Virus record (IMG/VR): IMGVR_UViG_3300008952_000048
Coordinates: 1-61,196 of that record
Source of the DNA: a virus
Lineage: Duplodnaviria > Caudoviricetes
Strand: one strand, 5' to 3'
Length of the DNA stretch: 61,196 nucleotides
Shown here: piece by piece, positions 38,396 to 48,481 of the stretch
Layout of the letters: every line of letters begins with the position of its first letter
How positions within the stretch are numbered: the first letter of the stretch is position 1
Translations under genes and position numbers: made by a program
The notes under the pieces: model-generated
What the model saw: the letters and a program-made list of their open reading frames with translations, nothing else
What the model was told of the DNA's origin: nothing
Database searches by the model: none

Positions 38396-41300
38396 TTATA
38401 TTGGCGATGAAGTACCAAACGTTGAGATAGACGGAGTTTTTCTAGAACCCACTAGAGTTGTTATTCATTTACACATTAATGAATATATTTACCCTCTTGG
38501 TGTCGGAACGTGGGTAACAAATCAAAGCTACAAGAATTTATTGAGAATTGATCTTGTCCAGACATCTATCAAAGACGGATTGTTAAGCTCATCTCTTGTT
38601 AAGAAAATTTATGCTTCTGATCACTATCCCCGTGATTTAAGTAAAATAACGGCGAAAAGAAAAAGACAAAAATTACAACAGATAGGTTTTAAAATAGTCT
38701 TGGAAGATTTTGACTACAAAGGATTGACAAGTTTATCTTTCACTGCAAATACCACAATTACGGAACGGGAACTGATAACCAAGAGGGGCTTTTCTTTTGC
38801 TGCTGTTAATATGGAACCACTTTCTGGGAAGCCTTCAACAGTCGAGGTTATGAAAAATAGAAACGTTCTCTCGAAAGGTGTTGGTTATTTTCTAGGTGAA
38901 TCTTTTTATAATGGGCCCAAAACTCAACTTCCCAATGGCCGCTGGGTCACAGGAACCACTCAGACCGAAGAGTCAAGATTTCTAACAGTCAGGAGTGTTC
39001 CGAACATCAAGGTTGCAGACTATAGAGATCTATATGAAGTACTTCCAAAGATTGGCACACCCATCACTTCTGCGAAGAATAATTTGCCGTATGGCACCAA
39101 ATTGGGATATTTCTCAGAACTAAGTTCCTGCCGAGATAAAGAAGGAAACCTAAGATTTTTCTTTACACTAGATTACGAATCGGCCTACAAGAACAAATCT
39201 CAGTATGGTGATTTGTTTGCGAAAATGAGCCAGAGATTGAAAGACCGAGTTCTTTTGAATTCGGCGATAAGAAGTTTACAACTCAGCCGCAAGCGCGTCG
39301 ATCTCAAAACTACCGCAACGAATGAGCCCAGTGAAATGTTTGTAATTGCAGGCGAGCAGAGAGGCGACGCGTTTAGGAAATCAAATGCTAAATATGGCGC
39401 CATTCGCGAAGAAGAATTTAGTTTTCAATATGGAGACCTTCTTCTTCGAAGCTTCTCCGGCGCCGACCGATCCTTGAAAGATATAACGGTAGGAAAGTAT
39501 CAATACAGTGTCTCAGCAAACATAGAGGACGGCATGTACAACTTTATGGATTTTCAGAGCAGGGAGCTCGTGCAATCTCAAGCGTTACTTCAAACTTATA
39601 GAAACCTTCTTAACAGCGCCAAGAATTATGATAATGATTCACAAACATATGATCGAGACTTTATTAATGATTTGCGAGCGCAAACATCATTTGAAAATCT
39701 TCCATACATTAGAGCCCTCATTACAATTTCGGAGAATATTACTTTTCTTGCCGATAACTTGAGCAACAGTGAAATAAAAAGATTCCTCAGCACCCTTAGA
39801 TATAAACTTAGTCCACGGACTGGAACAAAAGAGGGCGTTGATCAGGCAATAAATATTATGGGTATCATGCAAAGAAACATGGCCACCGTCATGGAAATTG
39901 TCTCAAAGGGAGCCGCAGCCATACTTCACGGTAGAGATCAAACAATAAAGACCGGAGCATCACGAGGGAACCTCCAGTTCTCGCTCAGTAGCACATTTTC
40001 AGAAGTATTTGATGCGACTGAGAGTTACGATAAGGGGATTGCCTACCTATCTACCACGGAGATTTTAGATTTAGACGGCGCAACTGGCTTAAAGACCATC
40101 TCTGGCACTACTCTGGAAAATAGGATGGATGATGAAAATTTGAAGTTCTTTAACGCTAAAAGTGTCATGTTCACTATCTCGTCCGGTGATCAGTCTTTCA
40201 CCGCAGATGGAACCGGAACTTCCTTTTCTTATCTTACTCCGACATCTTTGCGCCTGGGAAAACGAGCCTACATGATCAACACAGATAAAAATGTATCTTA
40301 CTCAGGAGATCTTTCTGTCGAAACAATGTCGTCTGGGGATGCAGAAAACAAATATAAAATGGCTTTAGGGGAATTATCAAAGTCAAGGTTTAAATCTGAG
40401 ACGCTTGAATTTATAGACATAAGACCAACCTCAGACGAAACTTTTTCCATGGAAAGCAACCTAGACGAACCAAATGAGACTAACCCTGCGAAGGAGTCTA
40501 TAAATCAATTTAACCTTTCTTTCAATACAAGAGAGCAAGGCTTTACAAATCCTTTCACAGCTGCCAACATTTCGGCGGTATATTTATCTTCACAAATAGA
40601 TCAAACTCCCGTTGAGAATTTAGCGACACAGGCAAAGATTAATAATTTGAGTCCTATGAGCAGGTTTACAAATATAGATTCTGAACATATAGCGGGCACA
40701 AAGGTAGAACCTAAAGTCATAGATCAGCAGTATGAGGCCCCCTCATCGGTAGTGATAACTACGTCGCCAGACTTCGAACTCAACGGATTAGATGGCACGA
40801 AACACACTATATCCAGAGAAAAGTTTGACAAACTCCCAAACCACTTCAAAGCAATTTTTGCCAGTGGCGCCACTTTCGGCTCTGCCTTTAGCAAGATTTT
40901 TGATGCAGCCAATCTTGGCGACAACAATAGATATAACTTAATTTTAGGATCAATTGTGAAGGTTGAGGTTTTAGCCGGGTATCACAAGGACAGGGAGGGA
41001 GACACTCTCATTAAGGCTCCCAAGTTTATTCCCTTGACATACGATTATTATAAAACCAGCGCCGGAAAGAATCTCTTGTGTCGACTTAAACCATATGAGA
41101 ATGACAGTATCGGATTTAAGAGAAGCAATATGGCATCGATTTATAATAAGTTTTTTGTTGTTGCAGTCCCGGAATCCGTCGCCGGCCCAGAGAACCTACT
41201 ACAAATCAGGATTAACAGTGCCGAAACAATTCAGGAAATAGTTGATATTTATGATGCATTTGGTGTTGACTTTGATCGCGGAAGAGGCGCAGTAATTGAC

Positions 41301-41426
41301 GTAGATCCTAACACCTGCGGAGTCCTTTCGGAAGAGAGGGCGACAGAAAACATATACGGATCAACAACCCCAACATCCGGAGAAATAGCTCTGGCCCTTG
41401 AGGGGGGAACACCTACAGACTATTAG
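38379..41426 (+). CDS. large hypothetical protein, probably virion structural
   Basis: ~1015-aa ORF in the tail module. Start is ATG 38379 or 38361. Confidence 0.65.
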   Translation: MTTPVNYIGDEVPNVEIDGVFLEPTRVVIHLHINEYIYPLGVGTWVTNQSYKNLLRIDLVQTSIKDGLLSSSLVKKIYASDHYPRDLSKITAKRKRQKLQQIGFKIVLEDFDYKGLTSLSFTANTTITERELITKRGFSFAAVNMEPLSGKPSTVEVMKNRNVLSKGVGYFLGESFYNGPKTQLPNGRWVTGTTQTEESRFLTVRSVPNIKVADYRDLYEVLPKIGTPITSAKNNLPYGTKLGYFSELSSCRDKEGNLRFFFTLDYESAYKNKSQYGDLFAKMSQRLKDRVLLNSAIRSLQLSRKRVDLKTTATNEPSEMFVIAGEQRGDAFRKSNAKYGAIREEEFSFQYGDLLLRSFSGADRSLKDITVGKYQYSVSANIEDGMYNFMDFQSRELVQSQALLQTYRNLLNSAKNYDNDSQTYDRDFINDLRAQTSFENLPYIRALITISENITFLADNLSNSEIKRFLSTLRYKLSPRTGTKEGVDQAINIMGIMQRNMATVMEIVSKGAAAILHGRDQTIKTGASRGNLQFSLSSTFSEVFDATESYDKGIAYLSTTEILDLDGATGLKTISGTTLENRMDDENLKFFNAKSVMFTISSGDQSFTADGTGTSFSYLTPTSLRLGKRAYMINTDKNVSYSGDLSVETMSSGDAENKYKMALGELSKSRFKSETLEFIDIRPTSDETFSMESNLDEPNETNPAKESINQFNLSFNTREQGFTNPFTAANISAVYLSSQIDQTPVENLATQAKINNLSPMSRFTNIDSEHIAGTKVEPKVIDQQYEAPSSVVITTSPDFELNGLDGTKHTISREKFDKLPNHFKAIFASGATFGSAFSKIFDAANLGDNNRYNLILGSIVKVEVLAGYHKDREGDTLIKAPKFIPLTYDYYKTSAGKNLLCRLKPYENDSIGFKRSNMASIYNKFFVVAVPESVAGPENLLQIRINSAETIQEIVDIYDAFGVDFDRGRGAVIDVDPNTCGVLSEERATENIYGSTTPTSGEIALALEGGTPTDY

Positions 41427-41443
41427 ATTAGGTATATAAAATT

Positions 41444-43870
41444 ATGAAATTTTCTAAGTTAAACAATTCACTAATTAAAAAGAATACACCTTTTGCCGAG
41501 AGGAAATCACTAAAGGATTTTGTTGGACTCTACCAGTCCGGCGGCTATTTCGAACAAAAGAAACCGCAGCTACAAAGCAATTCTGCAAAAGGCCCTTCTT
41601 CTGAGAAGTGGGTAAATCAAACTTCTGTTGAAAATGATGTTTTCCGTGAGAAGATTGGTGCATCTTGGAAGGTGAGCCGAACGTCACTTAATATGCTTAA
41701 AGATCAGATTGGAAATTTGAACTTTCCAATTACCTTTGCAGCCTCCTCAATAGCGTTTGACAACAGCGGCGGCCCATGGGGAGGCACTTCGGAAGATTTG
41801 GTATTTACCGGTAACGACGTTATCATTACGGACATCGCTGGCTCGCTTCCGGGAGTTCCTATTTTGGACTTGTGTTTTGTCCTCTCGGATATAGAGGTGA
41901 ATAACATCGGAGCTTCTTATAATTTTTATATTAAAGAATACGAAGAGGCAACATCAGACGCTGCCGTCGATGAATATGATTTATTGGATTCATATGGAAC
42001 ATATTTATCGCTACTTCCCTTGACGTACTTTGCAGATGTTGGTAATGGTCTTGATGATTTCACGAATGAAAATATCTTGAAACTAATAAACCCGGATGTT
42101 TATAGGCATGACTCTCGCGGGAACCTAATCTCGGAAAGATTTCAAACAACACAGAGGCACGACGAGAACAGCTCCCCAGCATTTCCTAACAATAATATAA
42201 AGAATTTTTATAGAAATTTTTCTGTGAACATTGGAAACCAACTTTCTTCGGAAAAGTATAAGAATATAATCTACCCAGAGGGCAGTGAGAAGAAAGTCAA
42301 CGAGTCAGTCAGTTCTTTAAAAGATTCTTTCCCATATTATATAGGATTTGATATTCATATTCCCGACTTTGCAAATGACGGCCAAGAATCTGGCAACCCC
42401 ATGATTAGCCGCGCCCCTCGCCTGTCCGAAGCTTTCACGTCTGGTGAGGTGAAAATGGCAAATTATCTTATGAAAAATGTTGCCGCAAGTTTATACACTT
42501 CAGCAGTCTACAGAGAAGAGGAATATATAAGGAACGCTAATGGACAGAATTTTTCGGCAACCCCAAAAGTTTGGGATCTTTTGACGCTTCTTGATTATGG
42601 ATATAGTGAGTTTAAAGATAAGTCAATTGTTCTCGGAACCGTTGGGGACAAATTGGATACGTTCCCTGAGTTGGCACCGGGCTTTTCTAATACCATAGAT
42701 AATGTTGAATTTTTAATTAATTTATATAATATGGTGGCCCCCTTCTGGCGCCGAACAGAGGACATTTTTTCTGGTGTGTTCGCGTCATCTGAAGTAGTGA
42801 TGTATAGAGTTGCAAAATATAAGAAAAACTCTTTTCAAGATCCAATACAGAATTTCTTTTTCTTTAACTCCGGCAATGTGGATGTGTTTAAATTCATGGA
42901 CACTCAGGTGAAAGTGGGCGAAGATTATTTTTATAGAATTTACTCATATTCTATTGTTTTGGGATCGGAGTACACCTATATTAGCTCATACGCAGGATCA
43001 TTCACGGAAGAGACAGACTCAGCTTCGGCCAACTATGACCCACAATATCAACAGCCACCACCCCCGGCCCTGGGGATCAGCCTTCTAAATGCAAATGCTC
43101 TCAAACTTGTGGAGAATCTCGTATTTTCAACGCAATCTTTTGTAACGAGTTGTCCCCCTCTTGCTCCCGAAATTAAGTTTAGAAGTTTCATAGGAAACGA
43201 AAAGAGGATCCAAATATCATTTGGAAACCAAGAGACCCCGATTAAAGCTGTTCCATTTATGATGACACAAGAAGAAGAGCTCAGAATGAGAAGAATAAAA
43301 TCCTCTCAAGGCGATATCAATGCTGCCGAGGTGACATTTAAAAACGATGATGAGGTAAAGGTTTATGAGATATATAGGACAAAAACACCCCCGACAACCC
43401 TGAATGATTTCAAGGGAAAACTCCACCGCCGAGTTACAGACTCTTCAGTTTTGGAGAATGTCTCTGTAGATACTACATATTATTATATGTTTAGAACAAT
43501 CGACGCGCATGGAAATGTTTCCAACCCATCTAAGACATTTGAGTTGACTTTGATGGGCGGTTTTTCGCCGTATCTTGTTTACGAGGAATACAATTATCAA
43601 ACCGCCTACCCATCCAACAAAATGAAAGATCGTAAGATGAGGCGTTTTCTAAGGTTAAGGCCAGCGATGCAACAGCTTTTTATTGATGACCACAATTTAG
43701 CTGGTGTTGAATCATCGAGAGATGTGTCTTCGAGGCCCACGCTTGGAGTGGCCAACGATGGCACTGTGTGGGGAAAGAAATTTAAGATAAGATTAACATC
43801 TATTGAAACAGGAAAGAAAATAGACTATAATGTAGAATATGATTACGATTTTGAGCGTAGAGAAGAATAA
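41444..43870 (+). CDS. virion structural protein with fibronectin-III/Ig-like motifs
   Basis: FMDTQVKVGEDYFYRIYS and VYEIYR...TTYYYMFRTIDAHGNVSNPS are FN3-like C-terminal strands. Confidence 0.6.
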   Translation: MKFSKLNNSLIKKNTPFAERKSLKDFVGLYQSGGYFEQKKPQLQSNSAKGPSSEKWVNQTSVENDVFREKIGASWKVSRTSLNMLKDQIGNLNFPITFAASSIAFDNSGGPWGGTSEDLVFTGNDVIITDIAGSLPGVPILDLCFVLSDIEVNNIGASYNFYIKEYEEATSDAAVDEYDLLDSYGTYLSLLPLTYFADVGNGLDDFTNENILKLINPDVYRHDSRGNLISERFQTTQRHDENSSPAFPNNNIKNFYRNFSVNIGNQLSSEKYKNIIYPEGSEKKVNESVSSLKDSFPYYIGFDIHIPDFANDGQESGNPMISRAPRLSEAFTSGEVKMANYLMKNVAASLYTSAVYREEEYIRNANGQNFSATPKVWDLLTLLDYGYSEFKDKSIVLGTVGDKLDTFPELAPGFSNTIDNVEFLINLYNMVAPFWRRTEDIFSGVFASSEVVMYRVAKYKKNSFQDPIQNFFFFNSGNVDVFKFMDTQVKVGEDYFYRIYSYSIVLGSEYTYISSYAGSFTEETDSASANYDPQYQQPPPPALGISLLNANALKLVENLVFSTQSFVTSCPPLAPEIKFRSFIGNEKRIQISFGNQETPIKAVPFMMTQEEELRMRRIKSSQGDINAAEVTFKNDDEVKVYEIYRTKTPPTTLNDFKGKLHRRVTDSSVLENVSVDTTYYYMFRTIDAHGNVSNPSKTFELTLMGGFSPYLVYEEYNYQTAYPSNKMKDRKMRRFLRLRPAMQQLFIDDHNLAGVESSRDVSSRPTLGVANDGTVWGKKFKIRLTSIETGKKIDYNVEYDYDFERREE

Positions 43871-43873
43871 AGA

Positions 43874-43894
43874 GGGTTTTTATTTAAAAAACCC
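43874..43894. terminator. inverted repeat after gene 41444..43870
   Basis: GGGTTTTT-ATTTA-AAAAACCC 8-bp stem. Confidence 0.4.
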
Positions 43895-43896
43895 AC

Positions 43897-43920
43897 CTAT
43901 TTAGTGTATAATACTAATTA
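43897..43920 (+). promoter_or_regulatory. tandem putative late promoters CTATTTA and CTAATTA
   Basis: Intergenic, upstream of the GGAGG SD of 43940. Confidence 0.55.
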
Positions 43921-43939
43921 TGGTTTGGAGGAATAGCAA

Positions 43940-44836
43940 ATGGCATTTTTAGATAACAGTGGCGATATTATTATCGATGCAGTATTAACTGATCATGGAA
44001 GATACAGGTTAGCCAAAGGCGATGGCTCTTTTGCTATTGAGTACTTTGCTTTGGGCGACGATGAAATTGATTATGCTCTGTATGATGCTGACGCCCCCAC
44101 GGACCAAGGTAACTTGGAGATTATGCAAACTCCAATCTTGGAAGCATTTACAAATAATGCCTCCTCGCTAAAGAGTAAACTCATAACGATTAATCAAAAT
44201 AACTTGCTATACTTGCCGGTTTTGAGGGCAAACAACTTATTAAACTCAGCCGAAAACACTGACCTTGGCATGTATGTGGTTGCTTGCACCGAAACAACAG
44301 AAGTCAATGCCAGCGGCTCACAACCAAACCTCAATGGGGTGACTGTGGGAATGGGATCTGAAATAAGGATCGATCAAGGGGTAGACAATGACGCACAGTC
44401 ACCAAGTTATTTACTACCTCAGATTCTTGTAGAGACTCAATATAGTGTCCAGATTGATAATCGTCTGGGAATGATTGTTTCTAAAAATGGCACCAATGGC
44501 ACAATTGTAACCAATCAAGCATCTTACATTGATGACGACCAAATTGCAAGTTATATTTACACTTTAAACACTGACGATGCTTTTGTTTCGGAAAATACGG
44601 AGGTTGGTCAGACCAACGAAGTTATAGCTGGCCCAAGAGGTACAATTCTTACATTTGCGATTCAGGCATCTATTGAATTAAATACTAGCTCATACCTATT
44701 TTCTCAAATGGGGAGCACCGCTTACATAGCCGGAATAGGCGATGTTCAATATATTGATAGTACAGTCAGGATTGAGGGCATGACCACAGGCGCCTCGGTT
44801 GACTTGCCCATGAGATTTGTAAGATCAGTATCATAG
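43940..44836 (+). CDS. virion structural protein (fibre-attachment-like N-terminus)
   Basis: MAFLDNSGDIIIDAVLTDHGRYRLAKG..FAIEYFALGDDEIDY; GGAGG SD at 43927. Confidence 0.75.
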   Translation: MAFLDNSGDIIIDAVLTDHGRYRLAKGDGSFAIEYFALGDDEIDYALYDADAPTDQGNLEIMQTPILEAFTNNASSLKSKLITINQNNLLYLPVLRANNLLNSAENTDLGMYVVACTETTEVNASGSQPNLNGVTVGMGSEIRIDQGVDNDAQSPSYLLPQILVETQYSVQIDNRLGMIVSKNGTNGTIVTNQASYIDDDQIASYIYTLNTDDAFVSENTEVGQTNEVIAGPRGTILTFAIQASIELNTSSYLFSQMGSTAYIAGIGDVQYIDSTVRIEGMTTGASVDLPMRFVRSVS

Positions 44837-44852
44837 AACAGGGGAAATAATA

Positions 44853-45866
44853 ATGGCACAGACATTTAAAGAATTGGGAAGCGACAACATTGCATCAACA
44901 AGGACATTATTACATGAAAATGTCCCTGTGACTGGCACGATTGTTTCGGGAAGCACCTACAGCGGCGACAACATTAAAGATTATTCTCACGGTATGTTTC
45001 AGTCCGTGTATGATTATCCATATCTAAGTTCCTCAGCAAATCATCTATTCGATTTGACTTGCGGATATAAATCAGGTTCAGCTTCAAACACCCAAAATAG
45101 TAAGAAACAAAATATCTATGGCCAAATGGCACAAGTGTTGGTCGGCAACGATGCCCTCGGCAACATCAGAGAATTCGATAGAGACGGTGATCTATCTGAG
45201 GGCCCGTATATTAGCGAAGCATATTTTATAAACTTAGCGCGCCTGTTGACAAAAGATGAACTAAAAAAGGGAACGTTTACTCTTACGCTCGGCAACGGCG
45301 CAACCTACTCTGACCCCTTTTCCACCACAGATCTCGTAATCACCGACACCAATGCTGACACCAGTTACAAGACAAACTCGCCAGCCGGAGAGTATGGAAT
45401 CTTATACACTTCCTCTGTGGATATCGTAGAGGGTTCAGGTGTGGGTCTTTTATATTACCAAGCCGGCGTAGCGGTTTTATCCTCATCTGTCTTCGATGGC
45501 CTACAAATGAACGGCGCCGCCGAGACAGCAGAGCAGATGCTAGCTGGAAGCGAGATTTCTTCTAGTGCAGACGCAGTTCGCCACCGTTTCTATAATCTCT
45601 CATTCAACAACACAATCGAGTTAAATTCTACAATTTATTTCTGTAATGCAAATCACAATGAGTTTAATTATAGTGCGAATCCAACTTACCTCACCGCGAG
45701 TAAAATTAGAGTAAAAGAAAATGCTATTGACGCTCCATCTTCCTATATTACATCGGTGGGCCTTTATTCCGCCACTCATGAGTTGTTGGCAGTAGCAAAG
45801 CTGTCGGAGCCCTTAAAGAAGGATCCTGCCACCACCTTAACTCTCCGAGTGAGACTTGACTACTAG
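44853..45866 (+). CDS. virion structural protein
   Basis: C-terminal EFNYSANPT...YITSVGLY...ELLAVAKLSEPLKK...LRVRLDY; paralogue of the next gene. Confidence 0.75.
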   Translation: MAQTFKELGSDNIASTRTLLHENVPVTGTIVSGSTYSGDNIKDYSHGMFQSVYDYPYLSSSANHLFDLTCGYKSGSASNTQNSKKQNIYGQMAQVLVGNDALGNIREFDRDGDLSEGPYISEAYFINLARLLTKDELKKGTFTLTLGNGATYSDPFSTTDLVITDTNADTSYKTNSPAGEYGILYTSSVDIVEGSGVGLLYYQAGVAVLSSSVFDGLQMNGAAETAEQMLAGSEISSSADAVRHRFYNLSFNNTIELNSTIYFCNANHNEFNYSANPTYLTASKIRVKENAIDAPSSYITSVGLYSATHELLAVAKLSEPLKKDPATTLTLRVRLDY

Positions 45867-45892
45867 GCGTCTTTTCCGACAAGGAGGAACAG

Positions 45893-46993
45893 ATGTCCTT
45901 TTACAAGTTTGACAAGAATGACACGATTTTAAATAGTGCAAGGTCTTATCCTGAAGCCAGGGTTTATATCGATCAATCAGCTTCCTATTTTAATAATTCT
46001 GGACAATCTGGATATAAGCCCATCTCGCATGTATCGGGGAGTAAATTAATAGTTGGAAAATCCAGCTTCAGGGCCAGACCTGTCTTTGTGTCAATAGCGG
46101 AATATTCTGGCTCGAACGTCACTTCATCATTTGAATTAGATTACTATACAAACTCCAATGTTGTTGTATCTTCAGATTATCTAACTGGCACTGCAGTTTC
46201 GTATCCGACAGTGGTTCCAAATCCAAAACTATCAGCCTTAAAAAATACCCTTAATTATTATACGAAGAATAGTCAACACTATGCGTGGGTTGGCCCCTCG
46301 TCAAGCGCAACTGGTCCAGCGTGGTATAAGCCAGAACAAGATATTATGCTGGTAAGTATTCCATCTCTCCTGTATGGATCTTCAATCCAGGAGGGAAGTG
46401 TTGATCTAAAATTTTATGTTACCGGAACACTCGCTGGTCAACTAACGGACTCCACCGAGCGAGGCGAACTCGTCCAATCCGGCGGTGCAGAAGATGGAAT
46501 GGTTGCCGGCGTTGTCCTCTACAATGAGGGCTTCCTCCTCTTGACAGGATCTTGGGATCTAAACTCAACCCCAATACCATCCACCGGCGAGAACCCACGA
46601 TGGAATAATTTTGCAACCCAAAGCGTGGCAGAAACGGATGCATCTTTTGATATTAGTTTTAATGGCACCACCTACACACCAACTATGATGATGTTTGCCC
46701 ACGCAAATCGAGGAGAGGTGAACAACTCGAATAATCCAACCTTTGTTGAATACGACCAAACAAAAGTATCCGACAGCAGCCCCTTTCTATATCTTGAGAA
46801 CGACTCCCAGACAATAAAAAATATTGTATCTTCCTCCTTCCAAGAGTCGGGCTCCTTCGAGAAGACGACTTATATTTCATCGATTGGGATTTACGACGAC
46901 AATATGAATCTGGTCGGCACCGCAAAGCTGGCAAACCCCATTCGCAAGCGAGAAAAAGACAGTTATACATTTAAACTTAAGTTAGATCTGTGA
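45893..46993 (+). CDS. virion structural protein
   Basis: C-terminal NNSNNPTF...TYISSIGIYDDNMNLVGTAKLANPIRK...FKLKLDL; AAGGAGG SD at 45881. Confidence 0.75.
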   Translation: MSFYKFDKNDTILNSARSYPEARVYIDQSASYFNNSGQSGYKPISHVSGSKLIVGKSSFRARPVFVSIAEYSGSNVTSSFELDYYTNSNVVVSSDYLTGTAVSYPTVVPNPKLSALKNTLNYYTKNSQHYAWVGPSSSATGPAWYKPEQDIMLVSIPSLLYGSSIQEGSVDLKFYVTGTLAGQLTDSTERGELVQSGGAEDGMVAGVVLYNEGFLLLTGSWDLNSTPIPSTGENPRWNNFATQSVAETDASFDISFNGTTYTPTMMMFAHANRGEVNNSNNPTFVEYDQTKVSDSSPFLYLENDSQTIKNIVSSSFQESGSFEKTTYISSIGIYDDNMNLVGTAKLANPIRKREKDSYTFKLKLDL

Positions 46994-46999
46994 TATAAT
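46991..46999 (+). promoter_or_regulatory. extended -10 element, possible leaderless promoter of the resolvase
   Basis: TG-A-TATAAT ends 6 nt before ATG 47006; no SD present. Confidence 0.45.
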
Positions 47000-47005
47000 A
47001 ATTGC

Positions 47006-47527
47006 ATGATCTGCGGTTTAGATGTCAGCACCAGTATAACTGGCGTCACAATACTTGACAAAAATGGAAAAATAATATATAATGAAGCATGGGACACGAG
47101 AAAGTATAAAGACTTTTTCACGAAAGCTAAATTTGTTAGGAGTAAAATAACCTTCCTGACCACACAGTTCGATATCGAGGAAATATATATAGAACAGTCT
47201 CTTCAGTCATTTCGCAGTGGGTTTTCCTCCGCGAAGACACTATCTACTTTGAGTAGATTTAATGGAGTAGTTTCATGGTTGATATACGAGCACACTGGAG
47301 TCGTCCCCCAATACCTTTCGGCGGCCACCGCGAGAAAGGCTTGCGGCATCAAGATTCCAAGAGGCGAAAACGCTAAACAAAAAGTCGTAGAGTTTTTACT
47401 TGACAAAGAACCCCAATTCGTGGTACAATATACTAAGTTTGGTAATTTTAAACCTGAATGCTTTGATAAAGCAGACAGTATTGTTATAGCAAAGGCAGGA
47501 CATATTTGTCAGCAGAAAAGAAAATAA
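47006..47527 (+). CDS. RuvC-like Holliday junction resolvase
   Basis: ICGLDVSTSITG, IYIEQ and DKADSIVIA carry the acidic RNase H-fold catalytic residues. Confidence 0.85.
   Translation: MICGLDVSTSITGVTILDKNGKIIYNEAWDTRKYKDFFTKAKFVRSKITFLTTQFDIEEIYIEQSLQSFRSGFSSAKTLSTLSRFNGVVSWLIYEHTGVVPQYLSAATARKACGIKIPRGENAKQKVVEFLLDKEPQFVVQYTKFGNFKPECFDKADSIVIAKAGHICQQKRK
47055..47083 (+). promoter_or_regulatory. perfect sigma70 consensus promoter inside the resolvase gene
   Basis: TTGACA-17 nt-TATAAT. Confidence 0.7.
47400..47429 (+). promoter_or_regulatory. sigma70-type promoter upstream of primase
   Basis: TTGACA-18 nt-TACAAT with extended -10 TG. Confidence 0.6.
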
Positions 47528-48465
47528 AAGTATTAAAAGACATCCTCGGCGGGTTTTATCGTGTCGGAGAGGAACGTCTTTTCATTTGCCCGAAGTGTAA
47601 GCACCGAAAGCCAAAACTTTCTATAAATATAGAAAAAGACAGCTTTAAGTGCTGGATTTGTGATTATAAGTCTCCTTCCATCTATCGCCTTATCCGCCGA
47701 TACGGATCTTACACTCATAGAAAATTGTGGGAAGAGTTGACCGGAAGGATGGATCTGGCCAATGCCCCGACGGATCTCTTGACCCTTATCAAGAATATCG
47801 GGAAAAAAGAAGAACTAGAACCAGAAGAGATCATCAACCTCCCAGAAGAATTTAGAACTTTAACAGGAAAGAAAAACCACATCTCCTCAGCTAAGGCCGC
47901 ACATTATTTGAAATCTCGCAACATAAAGAGAGAAGACATCTTAAGGTGGAAGATAGGATATTGTGGATCTGGCGAATACGCTGGGAGAGTAATTATTCCC
48001 TCCTTTAACATGGACGGGAGAGTAAATTATTTCATTGCTCGTTCTTATGAGGAAGATTGGATAAAATATAAAAACCCATCCGCAAAGAAAGATATTGTCT
48101 TTAACGAGCTATATGTGGATTGGGAAAATGATTTAACACTTGTCGAGGGTGTTTTCGATGCAATTGTTGCTGAGAATGCGATTCCGCTTCTTGGGTCTTC
48201 ACTTAGAGAAGATAGCACATTGTTTTCGAAAATCGTGAGTCACGACACGCCGCTGTATGTTGCCCTCGATCCCGATGCTGAGTCGAAGGCCATGAGGTTA
48301 GTTAAGAACCTCGTTCAGCATGATTGCGAAGTCTACAAAGTAGATGTTTCGGGATACAGCGATGTGGGCACAATGCCCAAAGAGGTCTTTGCGAAACGAA
48401 AAGAAGAAGCCGTCCCAATGGACTTGGATTCATCCTTTCTATATCAGGCACTGAGTGCCATTTAA
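47506..48465 (+). CDS. DNA primase (zinc-binding + TOPRIM)
   Basis: CPKC...CWIC zinc finger, YLKSR, GRVIIPS, VEGVFDA, VALDPDA; TTG start. Confidence 0.88.
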   Translation: MSAEKKIKVLKDILGGFYRVGEERLFICPKCKHRKPKLSINIEKDSFKCWICDYKSPSIYRLIRRYGSYTHRKLWEELTGRMDLANAPTDLLTLIKNIGKKEELEPEEIINLPEEFRTLTGKKNHISSAKAAHYLKSRNIKREDILRWKIGYCGSGEYAGRVIIPSFNMDGRVNYFIARSYEEDWIKYKNPSAKKDIVFNELYVDWENDLTLVEGVFDAIVAENAIPLLGSSLREDSTLFSKIVSHDTPLYVALDPDAESKAMRLVKNLVQHDCEVYKVDVSGYSDVGTMPKEVFAKRKEEAVPMDLDSSFLYQALSAI

Positions 48466-48481
48466 CAATAGAGGAAAATAT

